In this document: positions 20,926 through 31,770 of the stretch, one piece after another | Position numbering within the stretch: position 1 is the stretch's first letter | Layout: the number at the start of each line of letters is the position of its first letter | Notes under the pieces: model-generated | Told to the model about the DNA's origin: nothing | The model's input: only the letters and a program-made list of their open reading frames with translations | The model's database searches: none | From: Acidobacteriota bacterium | GTDB taxonomy: Bacteria > Acidobacteriota > CAIWXX01 | NCBI GenBank assembly: GCA_040755995.1 | Contig: JBFMAF010000031.1 | Coordinates: 64,001-128,000 of the forward strand | Direction of reading: 5' to 3' | DNA: 64,000 nt | Position numbers and translations under genes: made by a program

Positions 20926-21714
20926 ATGGCTCTCTCACCCGTGATCCCAGTTCTCGCCGTCGCAGCGGCTGCCCTGACCATTCTGCTTTTCTTCCGGGTC
21001 ACGCGATACTCCCGGGTGTTGTTCTGGGCCGCCACATGTCTGCTGCTCGCAGTGCTCTTTCATGCCGATGCGTGGAAGAGACCGATCTCATCGGACGGTT
21101 ACTACTACTACGTCTGGCTCGTGAGTGCCTGGTTTGATCATGATCTGGATCTGACTGACAACTACGGGGCCGGTGGCAATCACTATGGATTCGGCTCCAC
21201 CAACACTGGCTACGCAGACAACATGTTTCCCGTGGGATGTGCTCTAATGTGGCTCCCCTTTTTCGTCGCTGGGCAGTGCCTCCGGTTGCTCCCGGGCCTT
21301 CGAGTCGATGCCGTTGCTGGAATGAGTCTCTTGGAGCAGCGGGCCACGATGGTCGGTACGCTGGTCTATGGGATCGCAGGCCTCATTCTGCTCTTCCGTG
21401 TTTGCAAGCGAACCTCGTCGGAACGCACGGCGTTCCTATCCTTGAGTTGCTTGCTCTGGGGCACCTTCCTCGCATATTACCTGACCTCGCGGCCGTCGAT
21501 GTCGGAGGGTTGCTCGTTCTTCACACAGTGCCTGTTCCTGTTCTTGGTGGTGCGGGCGCGTTCTGATGCCTCGTTGAAGGAATGCTTCGTGCTTGGCCTG
21601 GTCCTGGGCATATCGGCCGCCGTCCGCTATCACAACCTGGCCTCTCTCTGTCTCGTCGCCCCGGTCTTCGTCGGTGGTCGAAGAACACGTGGCTGGGGGG
21701 GGCCAGTCGACTAG
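20926..21714 (+). pseudogene. GT-C-type (PMT/ArnT-like) membrane glycosyltransferase, probably C-terminally truncated
   Basis: SDGYYYY....S...D.DLD, FPVG..L.W.PF, transmembrane helices. Ends abruptly at 262 aa in non-homologous-looking sequence. Confidence 0.55.
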
Positions 21715-22271
21715 ATTGCCAATACCGACTCAGTGAAAGCCGGGACACAGGCACCCAGAAGCTCTGGATTGTCGCCGCTGATGGAGCCTGTGGACGGGTC
21801 GCGGTTGCATGGATTTCTCATGTCCGTGCTCCGCGATCACAATCGCCATTGCCTGGCGAACCGAGATAGCAGCTGACTTGGGGCGGGAGCCGTCTTCCCC
21901 GGCGGTTGAATTTGTGATGAGCATGTCGCCAGTTTCTGCTGCAGGCGGGCAGTGCTATGATGGCCGTACATGCATAGCGATCTGGAACACGATCCGGCTA
22001 GTTCGGCATCCACGCGGGGCGGGAACGGATCCTCTCCGGCCGAGATAGCCGGCATTGGGAAGGTCGAGCGGCAACAAGGGCGAAGCGCTCCGTGGCTACC
22101 GCAAGTGCATTGAGGCGAACCGGTACACGGACCTGGCGAAGCGGGCCCAATCTGCAATCAGGGTTCTGGCCGCACACTAGCCGCAGGAGCCGTAGCTCCT
22201 CGCCGCCCAATCGAGTGACACTGCAACGACCGGCTACGGCGAGCCGATAGCGCCTCGCCCTTACGCGTAGG

Positions 22272-22691
22272 TCATCCATTCCTACGGCCGGCATGCTCGA
22301 AGACTCCGAGAGCTGAATGGTATGGAATGCCCAATTTCAGGCGAATCAGCTCGGATAGTGAAACATGCTCCTGCTCAGCCTCCCTCTTCAGCGCCGCGTG
22401 AAGACTTCGAGGGACAACCACTGTCAGTCGCCCGGAGAGACATTGAACCTCCTTCGCGAAGCTCTTGGCATCCCGAGCCCGGAGCTTGCTGTGCTCCTTC
22501 TCGAGCCACCTGTACAGCTCGGACTCAACCAAAGCCCTCCGTTCGGCCTCCGTGGTCCATAGCTGTCGCAACAGCCCTTCTGGTCCGAAGAATCGTGCCG
22601 AGAAGCCTGTTGCTGTGGTGCCCTCTCGCACCATCTCCAAGGCTTCCGAATAGATCTTCTTTTCAGTGGTCCCCAGTTGTTTGACATTCAT
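22272..22691 (-). CDS. HicB-like / ribbon-helix-helix antitoxin-type protein
   Basis: C-terminal SGRLTVVVPRSLHAALKREAEQEHVSLSELIRLKL is an RHH signature. Confidence 0.8.
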   Translation of the reverse strand: MNVKQLGTTEKKIYSEALEMVREGTTATGFSARFFGPEGLLRQLWTTEAERRALVESELYRWLEKEHSKLRARDAKSFAKEVQCLSGRLTVVVPRSLHAALKREAEQEHVSLSELIRLKLGIPYHSALGVFEHAGRRNG

Positions 22692-22704
22692 ACGAAACCC
22701 CCAC

Positions 22705-23016
22705 TCATATGAGGCGCATGTCGACGTTGTGCTCAATCTCCAAGTAGATTGATTCCTGGGTTGTCCTGGATTTGAACCGCCACAGAATACCCTCCAGCTC
22801 CGGTATGCATTCCTCATCCAATACGATCCAATACGCCGCACTCACGTCCATCTTGCGATCCCCAGTTTGCATCTTCCAAGCTCCCGTGAAGTATCCGGCA
22901 TGTGTCCACGCTCCAAATGCGGCGAAGCACTCGCGTTCGACTTGGACGATCTCCGATGACAAGTCACGTCCGTCGTTGTCTTTCACCGGGAGGAAGAACG
23001 TCGCCTTCACTCTCAT
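22705..23016 (-). CDS. Small hypothetical alpha/beta protein, cotranscribed with the RHH gene
   Basis: 103 aa: FFLP..DNDG, FG..T, G.W, QESIYLE. 13 bp gap to the next gene. Confidence 0.75.
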   Translation of the reverse strand: MRVKATFFLPVKDNDGRDLSSEIVQVERECFAAFGAWTHAGYFTGAWKMQTGDRKMDVSAAYWIVLDEECIPELEGILWRFKSRTTQESIYLEIEHNVDMRLI

Positions 23017-23077
23017 ACCACTATATGTACCACTGAATACGCCATTAGTCAAGGATGCCATGCTTGTCGGCCGTGGT

Positions 23078-23218
23078 TCACTGAATCGCGAAGTCGCTCA
23101 TGGCCTCGCGACATTCCTTTTGGACGTCAGTCAAGCTCAGATCCTGGTAGATGCTCAGGGTTTCCCGGTTCTTGTGGCCACTGATGAGCTGGATCTTCGC
23201 ATCCGCGACGCCGTATCG
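23078..23218 (-). pseudogene. Tyrosine recombinase/integrase C-terminal remnant
   Basis: Manual translation RYGVADAKIQLISGHKNRETLSIYQDLSL... matches box II (IQ..xGH....T..Y). Preceded by an in-frame stop with no start. Confidence 0.7.
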
Positions 23219-23251
23219 TCAGTGTTCGGTCGTGAGACACTGGAGTCCGCA

Positions 23252-23398
23252 ATGGAATCCGATGACGAGAGGATACAGCTGATCAAGACGCTCGAGAGAA
23301 ACCGATGGAACAAGGCCCGCACGGCGCGCGAGCTCAAGATAACGGTTCAGGGACTCTGGAAGAGGATGAAGCGGCTTGGTGTCCGCAATCCGGATTGA
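23252..23398 (+). pseudogene. Fis-type HTH fragment (tail of a sigma54 activator)
   Basis: ERIQLIKTLERNRWNKARTARELKITVQGLWKRMKRLG. Confidence 0.7.
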
Positions 23399-23663
23399 GC
23401 GTTCGCTCGGCGATCATCGTGCCGAGGAGCAGCTCTACCCTGCCTTGGCGCAGATGGAGCGTGCTTTGCGCCGCCTGACCGAACATCTCCTCCGGCGCCA
23501 ACGCTCCACCTGACGAGCCCGTCAGACCAAGAATCGCCTCCCACTCGAGAAAGAGACGGAACCCGGGCCGCTGCAGCTCTTCCTCTGCGATCATCGCGCT
23601 TGACACACGCACCGTCCGCGGTGATATGAATAGGCGCAGGTGAGACTGCTAGGAAAGGTTGAC

Positions 23664-24896
23664 ATGAAGCTATCAAGGCGCGCCATCAAGATGCCCGCTT
23701 CTCCGATTCGCAAACTGCACCCTCTGGCTGTCGCGGCCAAGAAGAAAGGCGTCGATGTCATTCATCTGAACATCGGCCAGCCGGACCTCGCGACACCACG
23801 GCAGTTCTTCGAAACAGCCGCGCAGTATCCGTCCCCGGTTCTCGCGTACAGCCCGTCTCAAGGCATTCCCGAATTCATCGACGGCCTTATTCAATACTAC
23901 AAGCAGTGCGAAATGCACGTCGAGCCGAGCCAGGTGCTGGCCACGATCGGTGGCAGCGAGGCGATCGTCATGGCGCTGCTCGCGGTGGCCAACCCCGGCG
24001 AGCGCGTGCTCTGCTTCGAGCCCTTCTACACCAACTACTACTCGCTGGCGCTCACGATCGGCGTCCGCGTCGACGTCTGCTCCACCAGCATCCACGACGG
24101 CTTCCGCCTGCCGAGCGAAGACGTGATCCGCACTGCGCTGACTCCCAAGACTCGCGCCATCCTCTTCTGCAACCCGAACAATCCGACCGGCACCGTGCTG
24201 ACTTGCGGCGAGATAGACATGCTCACGCGGATCGTCAAGGACAAAGACATATTCCTGATTGCAGACGAGGTCTACCGCGAGTTCTGCTACGACCGCCCGT
24301 TCGTCTCGATCTGGCACCAGCAGGGGCTCGATGACCGGTTGATCCTGGTGGATTCGCTGTCGAAGCGATTCTCGGCCTGCGGCGCGAGGCTCGGGAGCAT
24401 CCTCACGCGCAACGAGCAGCTCCAGCAGACGTTCCTCCGGATCGGGCAGGCACGGCTCTCGGCCGGCACTTTCGACCAGTACGCCGCAGTCCCGTTCTTG
24501 TCCCTCGAACGCGACTACTATGCGGGCGTCATCGAAGAGTATCGCCGCCGCCGCGACGTGCTGGTGGATGGGTTGCTGCGCATCCCCGGTGTTGCGACGC
24601 GCAAGCCCGAAGGCGCTTTCTATCTACTGGCCGAGCTCCCGATCGACGACAGCAACCGGTTCTGCGCCTGGCTCCTAACGCATTTCCAGTACCAGGGCGC
24701 GACCGTGATGCTGGCGCCGGCCGACGGATTCTACCTCACCCGCGGCAAGGGCAAGCGCGAAGTGCGGCTCGCTTACGTCGTCAACGTCGACCGCCTGCGG
24801 GTGGCCCTGTCGATTCTGGAGAAGGCGCTCGAAGTCTACCCGGGCCGCGTCAAGCCGAGCGTCGCAGAGAAAGAGCTGGAACCCGTCGGCGCATAG
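23664..24896 (+). CDS. PLP-dependent aminotransferase class I/II
   Basis: LNIGQPD, NPNNPTG, DEVYREF, DSLSKRFSACGARLG motifs. Confidence 0.95.
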   Translation: MKLSRRAIKMPASPIRKLHPLAVAAKKKGVDVIHLNIGQPDLATPRQFFETAAQYPSPVLAYSPSQGIPEFIDGLIQYYKQCEMHVEPSQVLATIGGSEAIVMALLAVANPGERVLCFEPFYTNYYSLALTIGVRVDVCSTSIHDGFRLPSEDVIRTALTPKTRAILFCNPNNPTGTVLTCGEIDMLTRIVKDKDIFLIADEVYREFCYDRPFVSIWHQQGLDDRLILVDSLSKRFSACGARLGSILTRNEQLQQTFLRIGQARLSAGTFDQYAAVPFLSLERDYYAGVIEEYRRRRDVLVDGLLRIPGVATRKPEGAFYLLAELPIDDSNRFCAWLLTHFQYQGATVMLAPADGFYLTRGKGKREVRLAYVVNVDRLRVALSILEKALEVYPGRVKPSVAEKELEPVGA

Positions 24897-25008
24897 CTGC
24901 GGCCTCAACGCTCCTCGGGCGGTCTTTCGACTCGAGTCCTCACCGCGTCTCCCCGTCGGCTATGACGATCGCCCGAATGCCCCCTGAGGCGCCGACAACT
25001 GAACGATA

Positions 25009-25043
25009 AAGGGAGGGGGCGAGCGCGATGCTCGCCCTCCCTT
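25009..25043 (-). terminator. Probable intrinsic terminator of hppA
   Basis: Hairpin AAGGGAGG..GGCGAGC/GCTCGCC.CTCCCTT between convergent genes, with a short T-rich tail on the minus strand. Confidence 0.6.
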
Positions 25044-25066
25044 GCTGTGAACTCGGTAGCCCGTCG

Positions 25067-27310
<2,244 letters not shown>

Positions 27311-27633
27311 TTATTCGTGCTCCTCCTCCCTATATGGTTATGAGCGAATTAGGGTCGTTCTTCTCAGAGGTCTTCCCACGAGTTCGGCTTTCTATGAATG
27401 CCCAAACGGAAGCGGCAGTATAAACAAAGGCAGCTTGCGAAATCAAGCTGCCGTGAACCGCCAAACCGCCGGCGCGGGCGGTGCCTGGTGGCGGCTGAGG
27501 GGCGGCTCTGGCCCTCGGGCCCGGAGCCCCTATGAGGTGGCGGGCTCCGGGATTAGAATGGCCGGGAACATCAGTGCTGGACGCGCTCATCGGGGATAGG
27601 ATGGCGGGAATCGGCAGGGAGGTACTTGGCGTA

Positions 27634-28235
27634 ATGGAGGGGCAACGATCGCGCCGGCTGCGTTGCGTGCGCTGCGCCCGGAATCCGATAGTCCGGCCGG
27701 GAATGTTTACTACAGCCGTGGCAAACGTCAACGGACCCAGTCTCATCCAGGCGCCTCCGTGGCAACCGAGGCCGCTGGCGGCCTACTACTTGTACTTCGC
27801 TCATCAGCAGGGCACATTGATCGAGCTGTCGGTGGCGGACACGATCGAGGGGCCGTGGCGCGTTCACGCGCCCGGTGTACTGAGGCTCCACGAGACGCCC
27901 TGCCGCCGCCACATCGCCTCACCGGACGTACACCTGGATCTCCGCAGACACAAGGTGTACCTCTATTTCCACGGGGACACGCCGGACGGCCAGCGCACAT
28001 TTCTGGCCGTGTCCTTCGACGGGCTTCATTTCACCGTTCATCCTGCGGTCCTCGGACCGCCGTACTTCCGGGCGTTCCAGCATGATAGCAGCGTGTACGC
28101 AGTCGCCAGAGGAGATGAAGGACCGCGAGTGCTCAGGTCAAGAGACTGGACCGGTCCGTTCACACCGGGACCGCGTCTGCTGCCGCGCGCACGCCACACC
28201 TCGGTCGACGTGGATGGCGACGTCCTCATGCTAGA
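27634..28235 (+). pseudogene. Truncated beta-propeller glycoside-hydrolase-like gene
   Basis: NPIV, NVNGPSLI..P.W...LA.YYLYFAH, HIASPDVH, LYFHG. Protein-like character is lost after about 28230 and the frame runs into the next gene. Confidence 0.55.
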
Positions 28236-28477
28236 GCGGCTCGGTGTCGAGGATGGTCGCCCGTTCACTCTTGCAGGGTGTCGGCATCGGGCGCATCACA
28301 CTCGGCCAGCGTGCCTGCGAGCCGTTCGGCCAGCGGCCGGCCCGCTCGGAGGCTTTCAGTCCGCCGATCTTATCGAACTCGATTTCTTCTCTACCGAGTC
28401 GGCTTCACCTCACGCGTGCACTTGGGTTAGGATGTGGCGCAACGACGGCGTGATCGCCGCGATTCAGGAGGGAGCAC

Positions 28478-29758
28478 ATGGTCGAGACGGGAAGACAACA
28501 CTCGGGTTCAACCACCATGGCCAGCGTTGTCGGCAACGCTCTGGAGTGGTACGACTTCGCGGTGTTCGGCTACCTGGCTCCGGTCATCGGCCAGCTCTTC
28601 TTCCCCTCCGACGACCCGATGGGCGCGCTCATCAGCGCATTCGGAGCCTTCGCAGCGGGGTACATCGTGCGCCCGATCGGCGGCGTTATCTTCGGCCAGA
28701 TCGGGGACCGGCTCGGCAGGAAGAAGGCCCTGCTGCTTTCGGTGGTGATGATGGGCATCCCCACGGCTCTGGTGGGGTGCCTGCCGACGCACGCCCAGGT
28801 GGGCATTCTCGCCGGCATCTTGCTCGTCATCTTGAGGATCATCCAAGGTGTGTCGGTCGGTGGTGAGCTCATAGGCTCGGTCGCCTACCTGGTAGAGATG
28901 GCGCCGCCCGGCCGTCGAGGCTACTACGGGAGCTACTCCATGGTCACGGCGGTCGGAGGTGTGCTGCTCGGGTCGGGCGCCGGCAGCATCCTCAGCGGCG
29001 TCCTCTCGCCGCAGCAGGTGCAGGCCTGGGGATGGCGGATTCCATTCCTGCTGGGATTGGTCATCTGCGCGATAGGGGCATGGATGCGGCGCGACCTGCA
29101 GGAGACGCCCGATTTTATCGAGGCGGCGCGAACGGGGCGGACTCACCGCATACCGGCGGCCGAGGCACTCCGCAAGCACCCGTGGCGGATCTTGCAGGTG
29201 ACCGCAATGAACGCGATCATGGGGAGCGCCTTCTATGTGCTGTTCCTCTGGATGCCGACATACACGTCCAAGATCCTCCCACACCCGCTCCACCACGGCC
29301 TCTTGCTGAACACCATTTCAATGGCGATCCTGGTGTCGTGCATGCCGCCGGCCGGATGGCTTTCGGACAGGATCGGGAGGAAGCGGGTACTTCTGAGCGG
29401 TGTGGTCGGAATCGCATTCAGCGTCTATCCGCTCTTTCGGCTCATCGAGGACGGCAGCGTACCGGGCACGCTGCTTGCACAGTGCGTCTTTGCAGTGGTC
29501 GTTGCCGCCCTCTACGGGGTCATGCCGGTTTCCGTTATGGAGCTTTTTCCGGCCGCCATCCGGTTTAGCGCGGTGGCCGTAGGGTACAATGTGGCATTCG
29601 CTCTGTTCTGCGGCACAGCGCCGATGGTGAGCACCTGGCTCATCCACAGAACGGGGATTCTCACGGCACCAGCCTTTTACCTGATGGCGCTGGCGATCGT
29701 CGCCCTGCCTGCGTACCTGGCCCTGCGCGAGGCGGGTGCCGATCATAGTGGCGAGTGA
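28478..29758 (+). CDS. MFS transporter, metabolite:H+ symporter (ProP/ShiA-like)
   Basis: GNALEWYDF, RPIGG..FG..GDR.GRK, QG.SVGGE, WGWRIPF motifs. Confidence 0.94.
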   Translation: MVETGRQHSGSTTMASVVGNALEWYDFAVFGYLAPVIGQLFFPSDDPMGALISAFGAFAAGYIVRPIGGVIFGQIGDRLGRKKALLLSVVMMGIPTALVGCLPTHAQVGILAGILLVILRIIQGVSVGGELIGSVAYLVEMAPPGRRGYYGSYSMVTAVGGVLLGSGAGSILSGVLSPQQVQAWGWRIPFLLGLVICAIGAWMRRDLQETPDFIEAARTGRTHRIPAAEALRKHPWRILQVTAMNAIMGSAFYVLFLWMPTYTSKILPHPLHHGLLLNTISMAILVSCMPPAGWLSDRIGRKRVLLSGVVGIAFSVYPLFRLIEDGSVPGTLLAQCVFAVVVAALYGVMPVSVMELFPAAIRFSAVAVGYNVAFALFCGTAPMVSTWLIHRTGILTAPAFYLMALAIVALPAYLALREAGADHSGE

Positions 29759-29842
29759 GTCCCGCGGCTGCAGCGCTCCACGATCCCGTGATTCATCCCT
29801 GCGTGCACAGACTTGCCGCGTCGCCACCGGGGTCGCGGTGGA

Positions 29843-30598
29843 TTACATGCTGAGGACGAAGACCACCCCTCCTGATCCCGGCCCGGCGTAGGGGAAGAAC
29901 GAAAGCCTGGATGCCGTATTCGACTGAGTCCGCAGGGCGGTGCGAGCAGTCAAGTACCCGAGCGTAGCGCCGAAAATCACGTCGCTCAGGTAGTGCTTGC
30001 CCAGTTCTACCCGTGACCAGCTCACCAGGCCGGCGAAAACGTAAGCCGGGACGGAGAGCTTGTATCCGTAGTAGTGGTGAACCACGGTCGCGAACATGAA
30101 GGTGGTAGCAGCATGGCCCGAGGGAAACGAATAGTCCTCCCCGTTGGGCCGGGTTCGGTCCACGGCCAGCTTCAGGCTTCTGTAAATAACCTCGTCCATG
30201 ATGACGGCCTGCCCCAGCGTGAAGCTGAAGGCGCGGAATCTATCGTTCTGCGTGAAGGGTGCGGCGATCACGCACGCCCCGATCAGTGAGCTCATGACAA
30301 CCGGCCCACCCGCGATTTGGCCTGCCTCACCGAACCCCTCGGAGTCCCCCGCCACAGCGTCACTGATCGACTGATCATAGTTGTATGCTAAAGCGGTGCC
30401 GACACCGCCGATGAAGAGTGGAGGCAGGTTGTCGGAGGTAAACAGCCCACAGGTGAAATTGTGTCCGAGTGTGGGAAGGAACTTGCGAAAATCGGTTTCC
30501 CCCCAGTCCGGCTTTCTCCCGGAGCCCTCATCGGCGGCGGCGGGGCATACTATGAACAGAAGCGTGACCACATGGAGCAACCCCGTGAAACGACTCAT
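29843..30598 (-). CDS. PAP2-family phosphatase
   Basis: K....R.RP, SFPSGH, SRV....HY.SDV motifs, with signal peptide. Confidence 0.9.
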   Translation of the reverse strand: MSRFTGLLHVVTLLFIVCPAAADEGSGRKPDWGETDFRKFLPTLGHNFTCGLFTSDNLPPLFIGGVGTALAYNYDQSISDAVAGDSEGFGEAGQIAGGPVVMSSLIGACVIAAPFTQNDRFRAFSFTLGQAVIMDEVIYRSLKLAVDRTRPNGEDYSFPSGHAATTFMFATVVHHYYGYKLSVPAYVFAGLVSWSRVELGKHYLSDVIFGATLGYLTARTALRTQSNTASRLSFFPYAGPGSGGVVFVLSM

Positions 30599-30734
30599 CC
30601 GCCCTCCACATCAGCTGGAATCCAACTACGCTGCAAGACGCGCACTCTGCTCATGATCGCGAATCGTGAGGCAAGGCGCAACCCCTCGTAGAAGGCTCGA
30701 TACGACGTGCGCGCAAGCCAGCCGCGGCTGGCTG

Positions 30735-30904
30735 CTCCGATCGCGACCCTGCGTTCATGAACTACGTCAGGGCGTGGCTCGAGCTGAAGAGAGGCGACGG
30801 AACCGTCCAATCCCTTTATGATCACGGGATTTGGGATAAGGACGTCCAAAGACGCGTCCCCTCGCTGGTGTGTGATCTGCCACGTATTCCACTGGACAGA
30901 TTGA
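30735..30904 (+). pseudogene. Frameshifted C-terminal remnant of an amino-acid-binding/symporter fusion protein
   Basis: FMNYVRAWLELKRGDGTVQSLYDH... then a shifted frame PRWCVICHVFHWTD*. Resembles from memory the WIELK..DGT...LYD.W...PRW.V...VLHW tail of dicarboxylate-symporter/SBP fusions. Confidence 0.45.
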
Positions 30905-30947
30905 CGGCCTGCGGCGCACTCAGGCACACAGGTGCCGTTCGAGCGAC

Positions 30948-31160
30948 CTATGCGCTCCGGGAGACCTTTGGCGAGCCGGTCTCCATCTGCAGCCGCGCTT
31001 CTGCTTCCGTGCTCGCCGAAGCAAAGGACACCTTCCGTTGCGGGTTCTTCTGCTCGGCCTGCTTGAGGGCTTCGCACATCGCAGCGATTTCGAATCGGTA
31101 CTTCGCGGCAAACGCTTGGCGCGCACGCCGCGTCTCCTCAACGATCTCGTCGTCCCACAT
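30948..31160 (-). CDS. Small putative antitoxin downstream of PIN gene
   Basis: MWDDEIVEETRRAR...A N-terminus, GGAG RBS, 3 bp after the PIN stop. Confidence 0.7.
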   Translation of the reverse strand: MWDDEIVEETRRARQAFAAKYRFEIAAMCEALKQAEQKNPQRKVSFASASTEAEARLQMETGSPKVSRSA

Positions 31161-31163
31161 TTC

Positions 31164-31637
31164 TCACTCCTCCAGGAGCTCCTCCGGCGTGCAAATGACC
31201 GGAGGCCCGTATCCATGCCGGCGGCACGCTTCAACGATCCGCTGGCGACTGACGGCATTGGCAATATGCTTGAGATTCCAGGTGATGAGATAGTCGACGC
31301 CGTGAACAGCAGCTATCGCTACATGGATGGCTTCCGCCGCGAATTCAGATGGGATAGTGTGATCGTCGACCAGGGCCTGCGCGAGAGTGACGACATCGGA
31401 TGTAGTCTCCAGCATTGGGACCTGTTCGATGAGCTTGGCCCTCTCGCTCGCAGCCTGTTGGTCCCCATCGCGCGCCTCCTCCACCACGAGTTGAGAAATG
31501 AGCAGGTCATGGTGCTCTCGACGGCTATCCCACCATTCGTTCGTGATCCGCTGATGGGCTGCGACTAGCAGGTCACGGCTGGGCCGGGCCGCCCGGTAGC
31601 TTATCACAGTGGTTTCAATGTAGGCTTTGGGTTTCAT
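31164..31637 (-). CDS. PIN-domain (VapC-like) protein
   Basis: YIETTVISY, S.LVVEE...GD, A.HVAIA...G.DYLITWNLKHIAN, ICTPEEL motifs. Confidence 0.9.
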   Translation of the reverse strand: MKPKAYIETTVISYRAARPSRDLLVAAHQRITNEWWDSRREHHDLLISQLVVEEARDGDQQAASERAKLIEQVPMLETTSDVVTLAQALVDDHTIPSEFAAEAIHVAIAAVHGVDYLITWNLKHIANAVSRQRIVEACRRHGYGPPVICTPEELLEE

Positions 31638-31770
31638 ACGCTAGCAGTATATCACTGCAGGGCCGTCGATTCAGAGCACAACGGGAGGCCGGGGCCGGAG
31701 GCCGGCGTTCCCCGCATAGCGCAAGCATGCAGCGGGAATGGGAGGCGCCCCTGTTGCGGCGACCGCAGCC

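Noticed and set aside
22772..23398. 208-aa ORF ending in an HTH
   Set aside because: Only the last 48 aa (Fis HTH) look real; the rest is antisense to a small gene and the integrase remnant.
27532..28866. 444-aa ORF as a single gene
   Set aside because: The second half is out-of-frame read-through over the MFS gene.
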